A stretch of DNA of 64,000 nucleotides from Marinilabiliaceae bacterium (GTDB lineage: Bacteria; Bacteroidota; Bacteroidia; Bacteroidales; Marinilabiliaceae). Below are positions 48,342 to 59,245 of this stretch, piece after piece. Numbering within the stretch: position 1 is the stretch's first letter; each line of letters opens with the position of its first letter. The notes under the pieces are model-generated. The model saw nothing but the letters and a program-made list of their open reading frames with translations. It did no database searches and was not told the DNA's origin. The translations under genes and the position numbers were made by a program. The stretch is taken from the NCBI GenBank assembly GCA_050290065.1, contig JBNKGY010000001.1:16103-80102 (forward strand), given 5' to 3'.

Positions 48342-50702
48342 TCATCGAACAATCATGATTTTTGTGACCATTGATTGTGATCCATCTTCATTTGTTGCAA
48401 ATACTAAGTAAATTCCACTGCTAACTTTCTCGTTAAATACGTTCTTACTATTCCAAACTATTTGTCCGCCTGTAGAAACTGCTTCATATACGATCTTTCC
48501 ACTTATATCGGTAATCTTCACGGCAGAATTTTCAATTAGTCCTCTAATCGTTATTACGCCCTCATAATTTGGAGGAACAGGGTTAGGAAATGCAAATACA
48601 CTTGAATAGTTAGTTTTACCTTCAATGGCTGTGCCTTGATAGGATACAATTCCTAAATCAGTTCCAAAATATACTTCACCGGATTCTGGATTAATTGTAA
48701 TGGTATTAATTTTGTTTGATATGAGTGGACTATTAGAAGTATTAAAGCTATGAAGAGTATTTGATCCATCTTCGGATACCAAATAAACTCCACTTAATTC
48801 CGTCCCTATCCATTTTCTATTTGCTCCATCTACTGCGATACAAGTAATTGATTCGTTTTCAAGCAAGTAGTCTGCTAATCCGCTTCCATCATTTCGAGAT
48901 ACCAATACTCTGGTTGCAACAGGTTTACTTTCATTAAATACATTTTGTGGACGATAATATACAACAAGCCCCTTATTGGTACCAATCCAAATATATCGAT
49001 TTGAATCCTCAACAATACATTGAGGATTCAAATTTATTTCAACCCCTTTTTCATCCCATAATTTAATTTGCGAATGCCTGGAATCACTAATATCTGATTT
49101 AGGCGACCTATATTCATCATCTTCATCAGTATCAATCGTACCATTGGGATTAAATATAAATATGCCTTGAGGGTCAAAATATGAGATCGCCCAAATATGT
49201 CCCCATGAAGTATATATCATTTGTCTTAACCAGGCTTGATTATCCGGGTTTTCGTAAGGCATATAATCGTATTGAACCCATCCTTTTATGGAGTCAGTTA
49301 TTAAATCTGGTTTTACAACTATTGGGAAAGGAACTTCTTGATTATTTACAAAAAGGTTGCCGTTTTTATCAATTGTTATTCCACCTATTAATTCAATCCA
49401 TCCTGCCACCTTTTGTAATCCACTATTAGAATTGTCATAGTGATATGTAATTTCTCCATCATTTAATTCTAATACACCGTTCCTGATACTTGCTAAATAT
49501 CCATGCTCATTGTTACGAGGATCAATAGCAATGTCATGGATATTGTATATTTTATCAAACTTGGGTTCGTTTTCTTTAGTGTAGTGTCTCCAACTGTTAT
49601 TTTTTAATATAGATAATTCAGCAGGAATCGTTTTTAAATGGTTATTATCACCAGCTGCGGACCATAAACTATTGGATGTCGACACTAATTTAAAACATTT
49701 GTTTGAATAGGGGCCATCCGGAATAATTTGAGAATCTTCATCATTGACTTTGTTTATTAATCCATATTTCTGATCTCCAAAGTACTTAATATCATCATTT
49801 TCAATGATCAGTGAAGAGAATGAGGGAGTTTTAATATTTTCGTTGATTAAATAATTTTTGAATTGTTCAATATTCAGATGCTCATCATTGTAAATATTAA
49901 TAGCATTTGATGTAATTATTGCATACTTATTACTGAAGGCTTGTAATTTTCTTATTTTGTTTGAAGTTCGAATTTTAGTCCACTTTCCACTTTTGTATTC
50001 ATATAATTCACTTGAATTATTAACAATTTTGGCCGATATGATTTGATTTTCGATTGCAATTACTCCTGTGTATGCGTCCTGATCTGGAGAAATATACTTC
50101 CAGGTTTCAAAAAATGGTAGTTGGTTACTGCTGATAGGAGCTCCTCTTAGTCCACTTTCGGTTGCAACAAATATTGAATCTCCAGTATGAGAAATCTGGT
50201 AAGAAATAACATTACTGGCATCTTCCCCTATGTAAAAGAAATCAGAAATTTCTAATTTATTGTAATCTACTACTAATACACCAAAATCTGTGGAACAGTA
50301 TGCTTTGTTATTAATAAAATCTATATGATTTATCTTTTTAGAATTATTGATTTGTTTTATTTTTAAATCGGGAATATTTTCTATATTTCTTCCTTGCAGT
50401 ATATCAATGTTACCATCTGAGTATCCGATAAAAAGTTTATTTGTATTAGGTATAGCAGCAATGGCTGAAATATGTATATCAGATAGTTTATTTAATTTTG
50501 TTAACTTTTGAATGATATGCTCTTCAGTATCATATGTGAATATACCAACATCAGAAGCGGCATATATTATATTATTAACTTTTTCAATACTGTGAACATT
50601 GGAAAAACAGAGATAATCTTGCCATTGTCCAATTGGCATATTTTGTGCAATAATCTGAATTCCAATTGTATATATTATTGATAAGGCAAAAAGTTTTTTC
50701 AT
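48342..50702 (-). CDS. porZ: T9SS PorZ-like beta-propeller protein with CTD
   Basis: W.DYL.F start, two-component-regulator propeller repeats (DGANRKWIGT, NSPL.SN.I), CTD FPNPV..Y.G.ITI.GL..N..VKITD.SG..V, SGIYLV. Confidence 0.8.
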   Translation of the reverse strand: MKKLFALSIIYTIGIQIIAQNMPIGQWQDYLCFSNVHSIEKVNNIIYAASDVGIFTYDTEEHIIQKLTKLNKLSDIHISAIAAIPNTNKLFIGYSDGNIDILQGRNIENIPDLKIKQINNSKKINHIDFINNKAYCSTDFGVLVVDYNKLEISDFFYIGEDASNVISYQISHTGDSIFVATESGLRGAPISSNQLPFFETWKYISPDQDAYTGVIAIENQIISAKIVNNSSELYEYKSGKWTKIRTSNKIRKLQAFSNKYAIITSNAINIYNDEHLNIEQFKNYLINENIKTPSFSSLIIENDDIKYFGDQKYGLINKVNDEDSQIIPDGPYSNKCFKLVSTSNSLWSAAGDNNHLKTIPAELSILKNNSWRHYTKENEPKFDKIYNIHDIAIDPRNNEHGYLASIRNGVLELNDGEITYHYDNSNSGLQKVAGWIELIGGITIDKNGNLFVNNQEVPFPIVVKPDLITDSIKGWVQYDYMPYENPDNQAWLRQMIYTSWGHIWAISYFDPQGIFIFNPNGTIDTDEDDEYRSPKSDISDSRHSQIKLWDEKGVEINLNPQCIVEDSNRYIWIGTNKGLVVYYRPQNVFNESKPVATRVLVSRNDGSGLADYLLENESITCIAVDGANRKWIGTELSGVYLVSEDGSNTLHSFNTSNSPLISNKINTITINPESGEVYFGTDLGIVSYQGTAIEGKTNYSSVFAFPNPVPPNYEGVITIRGLIENSAVKITDISGKIVYEAVSTGGQIVWNSKNVFNEKVSSGIYLVFATNEDGSQSMVTKIMIVR

Positions 50703-50735
50703 TATAGTAAATTTAAATTCCTTTTGTAGTTCTTT

Positions 50736-50743
50736 CAAAGTTA
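50736..50743 (-). promoter_or_regulatory. Bacteroidota -7 promoter element
   Basis: Minus strand TAACTTTG. It overlaps the ORF-track TTG, which supports the true start at 50702. Confidence 0.55.
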
Positions 50744-50787
50744 TCTGTACAAAATTGTTGGTAAAGATATTTAAAAAATGAAGTGTA

Positions 50788-51369
50788 TTAATAATCTCCT
50801 TTATTTAAAAATTCTATCAATTTGGATACTGCTAACGCTCTATGACTGATTTTATTTTTTAATGAAATGTCCATTTCAGCAAATGTTTGCTTATAACCAT
50901 CTGGTGTAAATATCGGATCGTAACCAAATCCCTCTTTACCTCTGGCTCTATTTTCAATTTTGCCTTTAACTATACCCTCAAATTGATATTCCTTATTTGA
51001 AATCACTAAGGATATCACCGTTCTGAATTGAGCATTTCTGTTTGTGTTTCCTTCCATTTCTGTTAACACCTTCCGCATGTTTTGCACTGCATCTTTTGCC
51101 TCACCCGCATATCTTGCGCTATATACACCAGGTTCTCCATCTAAGCAATCAATTTCTAATCCAGTATCATCTGAAAAACAATCTATGCCAAATTTATCAA
51201 AGATATACATTGACTTTTGTCTGGCATTTTCTTCTATAGTTAACCCTGTTTCAGGTATCTCTTCGGAACAATTAATGTCTGATAAGCTTTTCAGACTTAT
51301 AGATTTGTTTAATAATTTTTGTATTTCAGTTAATTTGTTAGGATTGTTTGTAGCAAAAACTAATTCCAT
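50788..51369 (-). CDS. rdgB: dITP/XTP pyrophosphatase
   Basis: [47 protein letters not shown]. Confidence 0.95.
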   Translation of the reverse strand: MELVFATNNPNKLTEIQKLLNKSISLKSLSDINCSEEIPETGLTIEENARQKSMYIFDKFGIDCFSDDTGLEIDCLDGEPGVYSARYAGEAKDAVQNMRKVLTEMEGNTNRNAQFRTVISLVISNKEYQFEGIVKGKIENRARGKEGFGYDPIFTPDGYKQTFAEMDISLKNKISHRALAVSKLIEFLNKGDY

Positions 51370-51424
51370 ATTTTAATTTAGTATAACGTAAGTATAATTG
51401 AGAAAAGTATTTTTTGTTAAAAAA

Positions 51425-51449
51425 AAACAACGACTATTTGTCGTTGTTT
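51425..51449 (-). terminator. Intrinsic terminator after the USP gene
   Basis: AAACAACGAC-TATTT-GTCGTTGTTT perfect 10-bp stem, preceded by an A run (U tract on the minus strand). Confidence 0.7.
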
Positions 51450-51472
51450 ATATCATTTAAAATAAGATTTAA

Positions 51473-52306
51473 TCAGCCAAATCCACCATAACCATATTTC
51501 ATTAAATCGGTACGTGGATTAATAACCATTACCGGAACTTTTGAACTATTGGCTATTATCTGTTGTTCATTGGCACCAAGAACATAATCATGAAAAGCAA
51601 TGTCTCTTGTTGTCATTATTATTATCGCATCTGCATCTATATTGTTGGCAAAGTTCAATGTTTCCTGTGAAAATGATCCACCACCATCAGATAATGATAA
51701 TTCATAATCAATTCCCTTCTCTGTTAAAAAGTTTTTACAGAAAACAAGATTTGCTTTGGTTCGAGGTTCAACAACTCCATCTTTTGACGAAGTACTAAAA
51801 AGATAAATTTTAATTTTCAGGAATTTCGAAATAAAATCAGCCCATATTAGTTTCTCTTTGTTTTCAGTTTTAAAATCAACAGGGAATACAATCTTTTTTT
51901 CATCTGTATCACTAGGTGGTTGTTGTACAACAAAGTAAGGTATTTTTGATCCAACGATAACCTTTAAAGCCCAGCTACCAGTTAGTTTCTGCAAACCTTT
52001 TATCCCATGGGTTCCCATAACAACCATTGTTGCGTTTAATTCTTCAGCAACCTGATTAATTGTTTTAAAAATATTGCCTTCTCTAACATAAGTTAATGGC
52101 TTTACTCCTAATTTTTCACTTATTATCTCAGCTTCCCTTGAAAGTCTTAAGGTAATACTTTCTATCTCAGCTTCTTTTTTAACGATATTTAAAAGTGAGA
52201 TGCTTAGGCTATTATTTTTACTTAACGACAAAGCATGTTCAACTGCATGCATTGCAATATCAGTGAAGTCGTATGGTACCAGGATTGTACTTTCTGTTTT
52301 CTCCAT
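51473..52306 (-). CDS. Tandem universal stress protein
   Basis: ILVPYDFT, VVMGTHGIKG...TGS.A.KV, second domain IVFPVDF ... IIIMT, VPVMVINP. Confidence 0.88.
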   Translation of the reverse strand: MEKTESTILVPYDFTDIAMHAVEHALSLSKNNSLSISLLNIVKKEAEIESITLRLSREAEIISEKLGVKPLTYVREGNIFKTINQVAEELNATMVVMGTHGIKGLQKLTGSWALKVIVGSKIPYFVVQQPPSDTDEKKIVFPVDFKTENKEKLIWADFISKFLKIKIYLFSTSSKDGVVEPRTKANLVFCKNFLTEKGIDYELSLSDGGGSFSQETLNFANNIDADAIIIMTTRDIAFHDYVLGANEQQIIANSSKVPVMVINPRTDLMKYGYGGFG

Positions 52307-52352
52307 AAAATTTAATTAAAAGACATGGGTTCATTTTACGAAATAAATATAC

Positions 52353-52360
52353 TACTTTTG
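52353..52360 (+). promoter_or_regulatory. Bacteroidota -7 promoter element
   Basis: TACTTTTG upstream of the cyclase gene. Confidence 0.5.
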
Positions 52361-52397
52361 AAATTAAATCAATAATGAAAGCTTAAAAACAAAACAA

Positions 52398-54221
52398 GTG
52401 AATGTGACTCATTTCGTATTTAAGGCTAGAAAAGGACTGCTTGTGTTGTTGTATGTTGTTGTAATACAGGCTGCTGTAGCTATGCCAGAGGCTGAGAATG
52501 CAATGGGTGTAAATAGTAGTGGAATTATTAAACAAGTTATTGTTTCTGGTGACACAATTGTAAATCTTAATCCTTTGACTGATACACTTTTTATTTCAAT
52601 CGGGACTAATGATATTATTGAGATTGATTTTTCATCAGAAGATTTATCTATTGAGGATAGAAAGTACAGGTATTTTTTAAAAGGAGAAAAAGATAAATAT
52701 TATAATTGGTCAACAAGGAATAGTGCTTATTTTCATGATTTGACGCCTGGTGAATATACCTTTGTTGTACAGTCTACACATCAAGAACAGTCGGTTTATT
52801 TTGTGGTTAAGTCAATTTACGGTAGATATTTGTTATCTAGTCTTATTTTAATAATTGTAATTGTTACTGGAATATTTACGCTTAAATTTAACCTGCTGAA
52901 AAGAGCAAAAAATCATAAAGAAGAGACTCCTCAGGATACAATTACTCCTCTGCTAAAAAAATATTTAAAAACTTACGATAAGGAAAGTACTGAAAGTTTA
53001 AAGTTGGCACATAAAGCAACTGTTAAATATGATAAGGCTACAGTTCTTTTTGCAGATATTCAGGGTTTTACAAAGATTGTAGAACATATGAATCCAGAAA
53101 CTCTAATTGATGAGTTGGATAAGTTTTTCATTCATTTTGATGAAGTTGCAGAAAAATATAAAATTGAGAAAATAAAAACTATTGGAGATGCCTATATGTG
53201 TGCAGGTGGATTGCCTGAAAAGAATGCAACAAATCCTATTGAAGTTGTATTGGCTGCAATAGAAATGCAACGATTTATGAAAACCTCAAATGAAACGGAT
53301 CAGAAAAGGGGAGATGATTTCTGGGAATTGCGGATTGGAATACATACTGGACCTGTTATATCAGGGGTCATCGGGCGTAAAAAATTATCTTTTGATATAT
53401 GGGGTGATACTGTCAATATTGCAAGTAGAATGGAATCATCAGGTGTGGCAGGGAAAATAAATGTTTCAGGAATCACTTTTCAATTAATCAATGATTTTTT
53501 CGAATGTGAATACAGAGGCAAAATGCCTATCAAATATAAAGGAGAAACTGATATGTACTTCGTAAAGGGTATAATGCCAGGATTATCGGTTAATAATGAA
53601 GGAGAAATTCCTAATGAGCATTTTTTCACTAAACTACAATGGATCAGGTACAATGATTTGGAAGAACTAGTTTTGAGTCAATTAAAAAATGAGTTGCCAA
53701 CAAGCTTTAAATACCATAATATAAAACATACAATTGATGTTTGTACGCAAGTTGAAGTTCTAGGAAGAGCAGAGGGTTTAAATAGTAAAGAATTACTGTT
53801 AGTAAAAACTGCTGCTTTATTACATGATACCGGCTATATGATCAGCTCTGTTAAACATGAAATTCAAAGTGTAAGAATTGCTAAAGAAATATTACCAAAA
53901 TATGGCTATACTAAAAGTGAAATTGAAGCCATTAATCAATTGATTATGGTAACAGAGAAGAATTCCCAGCCAAAATTATTAATGGAGAAAATTATTAAAG
54001 ATGCTGATCTGGATTATTTGGGGAGAGCTGATTTTATTCCCCTTTCTGAAAAACTGTGGGAAGAAGTTTGTGCTTTTAATGGTAAGCTATCACAAAAAGA
54101 TTGGAACAGGAAACAGTATGAATTTATTTCAAAACATGTTTATTATACCACTACAGCTAAAAATCTTCGACAGGTAAATAAAGAAATTCAGTTGAAAAAA
54201 ATTAAGGACTTTTTGACTTGA
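52398..54221 (+). CDS. Membrane class III adenylate cyclase with Y_Y_Y extracytoplasmic domain and C-terminal HD domain
   Basis: Y_Y_Y (YRYFLKG..W..Y..L.PGEY.F.V); cyclase VLFADIQGFT, KIKTIGDAYM, RIGIHTG, FDIWGDTVN.ASRMES; HD domain YHN..HT, LLHDTG, DADL. Confidence 0.88.
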   Translation: MNVTHFVFKARKGLLVLLYVVVIQAAVAMPEAENAMGVNSSGIIKQVIVSGDTIVNLNPLTDTLFISIGTNDIIEIDFSSEDLSIEDRKYRYFLKGEKDKYYNWSTRNSAYFHDLTPGEYTFVVQSTHQEQSVYFVVKSIYGRYLLSSLILIIVIVTGIFTLKFNLLKRAKNHKEETPQDTITPLLKKYLKTYDKESTESLKLAHKATVKYDKATVLFADIQGFTKIVEHMNPETLIDELDKFFIHFDEVAEKYKIEKIKTIGDAYMCAGGLPEKNATNPIEVVLAAIEMQRFMKTSNETDQKRGDDFWELRIGIHTGPVISGVIGRKKLSFDIWGDTVNIASRMESSGVAGKINVSGITFQLINDFFECEYRGKMPIKYKGETDMYFVKGIMPGLSVNNEGEIPNEHFFTKLQWIRYNDLEELVLSQLKNELPTSFKYHNIKHTIDVCTQVEVLGRAEGLNSKELLLVKTAALLHDTGYMISSVKHEIQSVRIAKEILPKYGYTKSEIEAINQLIMVTEKNSQPKLLMEKIIKDADLDYLGRADFIPLSEKLWEEVCAFNGKLSQKDWNRKQYEFISKHVYYTTTAKNLRQVNKEIQLKKIKDFLT

Positions 54222-54422
54222 GTACAGCATTATTTTATTAACTTTTGAATCTTAATCTAAATTTTATTTATCAGTTCCTAAAAAAATTAAACCTATTGTA
54301 AATAAATAAATTAGAAGCGTTTTAGGTTTCCTTCTGAAAAAGTATGTGATCGTAAACTGGGTTTGATTAATTTATTTTTATTTTCTTTGAAAAATTAAAC
54401 ACTTCATAAAATATTTAAGAAA

Positions 54423-54803
54423 ATGGCTAAAGCATACGAACAAGAAAGTAAGTTACCCAATATGATTGGATCTGGAACAAAGATTTCTGGTAACATTGAA
54501 ACTAACGGTGATTTTAGGATCGATGGAGAAATTGAAGGGAATATTCTTTCGAAGGGTAAGGTTGTTGTTGGCCCAAACGGGAAGGTTAAAGGAGAAGTGA
54601 TTTGTGTTAATTCAGAAGTATCCGGAGGAATTGAAGGGAAGATAAAGGTTAGTGAATTACTATCTTTAAAATCTTCTTCAAAACTTATTGGAGATATTCA
54701 TACTGCAAAACTGACTATTGAACCAGGAGCAATTTTTACCGGTAAATGCGAGATGGGAGGAGAAGCCAAAACTAAAAGTGTTCCCGGTAATATAAAGCAA
54801 TAG
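54423..54803 (+). CDS. Bactofilin (polymer-forming cytoskeletal protein)
   Basis: IG.GT.I.G.I...GD.RIDG...G.I, repeating beta-helix, IE.GA.F.G.C.M. Confidence 0.9.
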   Translation: MAKAYEQESKLPNMIGSGTKISGNIETNGDFRIDGEIEGNILSKGKVVVGPNGKVKGEVICVNSEVSGGIEGKIKVSELLSLKSSSKLIGDIHTAKLTIEPGAIFTGKCEMGGEAKTKSVPGNIKQ

Positions 54804-54806
54804 AGA

Positions 54807-55178
54807 ATGTTAAGAAGTACTTTTTCAAAGGAAGTATTTGTATTTACTATTTTTACCCTTATTGTCTCAATACTAAACGTCTCAATATGCAAAATATTAC
54901 AGAATCATTTGATGTTTAATGTATTTGAATTATTGGTATTTATTATAGTTTTATATGCAACTTTATTGTCAGTTTCATGTTTTTTAAATCGATTGTTCTC
55001 AAAATATAGAGTTTTAGTTATATTTGGTGCCTTTGTAATTAAATTAGTGTCTGTAATACTTTTTATTTTCCTTGTGGTAATGAAAGGAAATAATCGGGAG
55101 CAAGTTGCACTTTTTTTTATGGGAAACTATTTATTATATCTTTGCTATTCGGTGATAAGGATTATTAAATTTTTATGA
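54807..55178 (+). CDS. AtpI-like four-TM protein
   Basis: Four hydrophobic segments; directly upstream of atpB. Confidence 0.55.
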   Translation: MLRSTFSKEVFVFTIFTLIVSILNVSICKILQNHLMFNVFELLVFIIVLYATLLSVSCFLNRLFSKYRVLVIFGAFVIKLVSVILFIFLVVMKGNNREQVALFFMGNYLLYLCYSVIRIIKFL

Positions 55179-55217
55179 TTTCATAAGGTATACCTTATAT
55201 CCGTTTTATTACTTTTT

Positions 55218-56291
55218 ATGAAAAAATTATTTGGATATCTTTTATTGTGTTTTGTGATTACTTCTCAATTATTTGCTTCTGAGAGTAGACAGGAAGGTAA
55301 TGAAGAGGAAGAGTTTGATCCCACAGAACTAATTATGCATCATATTGCTGATTCTTATGTTTGGCATGTGATTTCATGGGGAGAGGCTGAACATCATTTT
55401 GAGTTAGAAATACCTCTTCCAATTATTCTTATCAACAACGGCAAGTTTCATTTTTTCCTGTATTCCAGATTTGATCATGAATCTCATATTGCGGAAAGTG
55501 ATGGTGAATATTTTATTCTTAGTCATGGGAAAATCTACAATACAGATTCAAGTGGTACAATAAAATATGATGATGAAGGTCATATATTAAACTCACGCCC
55601 CCTGGACTTTTCTTTAACAAAAAATGTATGGTCCATGTGGCTTTCAGTAGCTTTATTGGTCTGGATATTTTTATCAGTTGCAAATAAATATAAAGGTAAT
55701 CCTTCTAGTCCTAAGGGAATTCAGTCCTTATTGGAACCAATTATTCTCTTTGTAAAAAATGATATTGTTTTAGAACAAATAGGGGTATCAAAAGGAGGAA
55801 AATATGTACCTTATCTTTTAACATTATTTTTCTTTATATGGATCAATAATATCATTGGGTTAGTTCCATTTTTTCCAGGAGGCAGCAATTTTACCGGTAA
55901 TATTTCAGTGACCCTCGTTTTGGCAATTATTACTTTTATAATTACAAATATAAATGGATCCAAGAGTTATTGGAAACATACATTAACAGCTCCCGGAGTT
56001 CCAGTTTTAGTTAAATTTATACTAATTCCTGTTGAATTTTTTGGTCTATTTACAAAACCATTTGCATTAATGATCCGTTTGTTAGCAAACATAACTGCAG
56101 GTCATATTGTAATGTTAAGCCTTGTTTCGCTTATTTTTATATTAAAAACAGTTTATATATCGCCTGTTCCAATTATATTAGGATTTGTTATGACATTACT
56201 GGAGCTATTTGTTGGAGCATTACAGGCGTATATTTTTACTTTATTATCTGCCTTATTTATAGGTATGGCAGTTGTTGACGACGAACATTAA
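55218..56291 (+). CDS. atpB: ATP synthase a subunit
   Basis: HHIADS, T.NISVT, KPFALMIRLLANITAGH, LQAYIFTLL. Confidence 0.95.
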   Translation: MKKLFGYLLLCFVITSQLFASESRQEGNEEEEFDPTELIMHHIADSYVWHVISWGEAEHHFELEIPLPIILINNGKFHFFLYSRFDHESHIAESDGEYFILSHGKIYNTDSSGTIKYDDEGHILNSRPLDFSLTKNVWSMWLSVALLVWIFLSVANKYKGNPSSPKGIQSLLEPIILFVKNDIVLEQIGVSKGGKYVPYLLTLFFFIWINNIIGLVPFFPGGSNFTGNISVTLVLAIITFIITNINGSKSYWKHTLTAPGVPVLVKFILIPVEFFGLFTKPFALMIRLLANITAGHIVMLSLVSLIFILKTVYISPVPIILGFVMTLLELFVGALQAYIFTLLSALFIGMAVVDDEH

Positions 56292-56325
56292 ATTAATTTA
56301 TAACATTCATTAAAAATATTTAATT

Positions 56326-56535
56326 ATGGAACCAATTTCTCTTACTGCAGTAGGTTTAGGAATAATTGTTACAGGAGCCGGTTTAGGAATCGGGATTTTG
56401 GCTAAAGGTGCTATGGATGCCATGGCCCGCCAACCTGAAATTCTCTCGAAAATACAAACTGCTATGTTAATTGCAGCCGCTCTTATTGAGGGACTAGCTT
56501 TATTTGCAATTGTAATTGCTATGTTAAAAGGATAA
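56326..56535 (+). CDS. atpE: ATP synthase c subunit
   Basis: GxGxG repeat, ARQPE loop, ALIEGLALF. Confidence 0.95.
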   Translation: MEPISLTAVGLGIIVTGAGLGIGILAKGAMDAMARQPEILSKIQTAMLIAAALIEGLALFAIVIAMLKG

Positions 56536-56574
56536 TCTTTTAACTATTATTTCATTGAAATAAAATAATTTAAG

Positions 56575-57072
56575 ATGGATTTTTTATTGACACCAGAACT
56601 GGGATTAGTTTTTTGGACAACTTTAACATTCACATTTGTAGTTTTTTTCCTCAAAAAATTTGCTTGGAAACCGATACTAAATGCTTTAAAAGTTAGAGAA
56701 GAAACTATTGAACGTTCTTTACAAGCAGCTGAATTAGCAAAAGCAGAAGTTGAATCAATGTCCAAGATGCGTGATGAAATGATGGATCAAGCCAGAAATG
56801 AGCGGGATGAAATCATGAAGGACGCACGGGATTTAAAGAATAAAATTATTGGTGAAGCTAAGGATGCGGCTCAGGATGAAGCCAATAAAATTATCGTTTC
56901 AGCACGCGAGCAAATTAGTGCAGAAAAGAAAGCTGCAATTAAAGAATTAAAGGTTCAGGTTGCGGAAATCTCAATTGAAATAGCTGGTCTTATTCTTGAA
57001 TCTGAATTAAAATCAGATAAAAAACAAAAAGAGATCATTGAAAGATATCTTGATAAAGTAAATTTTAATTAA
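56575..57072 (+). CDS. atpF: ATP synthase b subunit
   Basis: PELGLVFW, KKFAWKPIL..L..RE..I, long coiled coil. Confidence 0.93.
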   Translation: MDFLLTPELGLVFWTTLTFTFVVFFLKKFAWKPILNALKVREETIERSLQAAELAKAEVESMSKMRDEMMDQARNERDEIMKDARDLKNKIIGEAKDAAQDEANKIIVSAREQISAEKKAAIKELKVQVAEISIEIAGLILESELKSDKKQKEIIERYLDKVNFN

Positions 57073-57084
57073 TTACTATAAAAG

Positions 57085-57621
57085 ATGGATGAAAGTTTAA
57101 TATCCGTAAGATATGCTAAGGCCTTGTTTATATTGAGCAAAGAGAAAAACATTATGGACATATTGTACAACGATATGTTTATTCTCCAGGAACAGTGTGT
57201 GAAAGATTCTGAATTCATGAAGCTTCTTGAGAGTCCTGTTCTCACCGCTGGTCAAAAGAAGAAAACGTTCAAATCCATCTTTGATAAATATGTTAACGAA
57301 GTTACACTGAATTTTTTTGGAATTTTAGTGGATAATAGACGAGAAGGAATGCTATCAAGTGTTTCAAGGAATTTTATTGATTTTTATAAAGAGGAAAGAG
57401 GAATAAAATCAGTAACTCTTTATACTGCCTACAAACTGCCAGAAGATTATGTATTAGAAATTCGAGATGTATTACATAAGGAATTAAATGCTGAAATAGA
57501 ATTATCGGTTCGCGTTAGAGACAACCTAATTGGTGGATTTGTTTTGATGGTTGATGGTAAAATGATGGATGCAAGCATATTGAATAGGCTTAAAAAATTA
57601 AAAAATAAACTATTAAGTTAG
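57085..57621 (+). CDS. atpH: ATP synthase delta subunit
   Basis: RYAKAL, L.SP, L..N.R, LIGGF.L..DG...DAS. Confidence 0.92.
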   Translation: MDESLISVRYAKALFILSKEKNIMDILYNDMFILQEQCVKDSEFMKLLESPVLTAGQKKKTFKSIFDKYVNEVTLNFFGILVDNRREGMLSSVSRNFIDFYKEERGIKSVTLYTAYKLPEDYVLEIRDVLHKELNAEIELSVRVRDNLIGGFVLMVDGKMMDASILNRLKKLKNKLLS

Positions 57622-57644
57622 TTACACTGGTTAAAATTGTACTA

Positions 57645-59237
57645 ATGGAAAATATAAGACCTGCCGAGGTTTCGGAATTAATAAAAAAGCAAATTGAAGG
57701 ATTTATATCTAATACCGATCTTGAGGAAGTAGGGATTGTTCTTCAGGTTGGTGATGGAATTGCCCGTGTTCACGGTCTAAATAGTGTTAGGGCAAATGAA
57801 TTAGTTGAATTTGAATCTTGTAAAGGTGTTGTATTAAACCTTGAGCAGGATAATGTTGGAGTTGTTTTAATGGGTGCTTCACATAATATAAAAGAGGGGG
57901 ATATTGTTAAAAGAACCGGACGTATTGCTTCTGTCAAGGTAGGTGAAGGTATGTTAGGAAGAGTTATCGATACAAATGGGAATCCAATTGATGGTAAAGG
58001 TAGCATTGAGGGTGAATTATATGAATTTCCACTTGAAAGAAAAGCTCCTGGAGTAATTTTTCGCCAACCTGTACAAGAACCTCTTCAAACTGGTTTAAAA
58101 TCCATTGATTCGATGATTCCTATTGGTCGGGGACAGCGGGAATTAATTATTGGTGACAGACAAACCGGTAAAACTGCAATTGCCATTGATACCATTCTTA
58201 ATCAAAAGGATAACTTTGAAAATGGAAATCCTGTATATTGTATTTATGTAGCAATTGGTCAGAAAGGTTCTACAGTTGCTCAAATTGTTAATACCTTGGA
58301 GAAACATGGAGCTATGAAGTATACAACTGTAGTAGCTTCAAGTGCCTCTGATCCTGCAGCCATGCAGTTTTATGCTCCATTTACAGGTACAGCTATTGGC
58401 GAGTTTTTCAGAGATACAGGAAGATCTGCATTAATAATATATGATGATTTGTCAAAGCAAGCAGTTTCTTACCGAGAGGTTTCTTTATTGTTAAGAAGAC
58501 CACCAGGTAGAGAAGCTTATCCTGGTGATGTTTTTTATCTTCATTCCAGATTACTAGAACGAGCGGCAAAGATTATTGATTCTGATGAAATAGCATCTAA
58601 AATGAATGATTTGCCAGATTCAATCATAGGAAAAGTTAAAGGTGGTGGTTCATTGACTGCATTACCTATTATTGAAACACAGGCAGGTGATGTTTCAGCA
58701 TATATACCAACTAATGTAATTTCAATTACAGATGGTCAGATTTTTCTTGAAAGTAATTTATTTAATGCAGGTGTTCGTCCTGCCATTAATGTTGGTATTT
58801 CTGTTTCTAGAGTTGGAGGTAATGCACAAATTAAATCGATGAAGAAAGTTTCTGGTACATTGAAACTTGATCAGGCTCAATATCGTGAATTAGAAGCATT
58901 TTCTAAATTTGGTTCAGACCTTGATCCGGCAACAAAATCGGTTTTGGATAAGGGACGAAAAAATGTTGAATTACTAAAACAGCCTCAATACGCCCCTGTT
59001 AATGTTGCCCATCAGGTGGCATTAATATATTGTGGAACGCAAGGTTTACTTGCTAATGTACCCGTAGATAAGGTTCGAGAATTTGAACAAAGTTTTATTA
59101 ATGACTTAGATCTTAAACATAAAGATGTCATTATTGAACTTGGGAAAGGTAAAATCTCAGATACGGAAACAAAAGTACTTAAAGAAGTTGCATCTGATGT
59201 AGCTCGCAGATATAGTATTGATGATGATAATAATTAG
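57645..59237 (+). CDS. atpA: ATP synthase alpha subunit
   Basis: [39 protein letters not shown]. Confidence 0.98.
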   Translation: MENIRPAEVSELIKKQIEGFISNTDLEEVGIVLQVGDGIARVHGLNSVRANELVEFESCKGVVLNLEQDNVGVVLMGASHNIKEGDIVKRTGRIASVKVGEGMLGRVIDTNGNPIDGKGSIEGELYEFPLERKAPGVIFRQPVQEPLQTGLKSIDSMIPIGRGQRELIIGDRQTGKTAIAIDTILNQKDNFENGNPVYCIYVAIGQKGSTVAQIVNTLEKHGAMKYTTVVASSASDPAAMQFYAPFTGTAIGEFFRDTGRSALIIYDDLSKQAVSYREVSLLLRRPPGREAYPGDVFYLHSRLLERAAKIIDSDEIASKMNDLPDSIIGKVKGGGSLTALPIIETQAGDVSAYIPTNVISITDGQIFLESNLFNAGVRPAINVGISVSRVGGNAQIKSMKKVSGTLKLDQAQYRELEAFSKFGSDLDPATKSVLDKGRKNVELLKQPQYAPVNVAHQVALIYCGTQGLLANVPVDKVREFEQSFINDLDLKHKDVIIELGKGKISDTETKVLKEVASDVARRYSIDDDNN

Positions 59238-59245
59238 CTAAATTA

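Noticed and set aside
52398-54221. Reading the cyclase-HD gene as a Pycsar/CBASS-type anti-phage system
   Set aside because: It has ATP-specifying residues, a sensor-TM architecture and housekeeping neighbours, with no adjacent TIR or TM effector gene.
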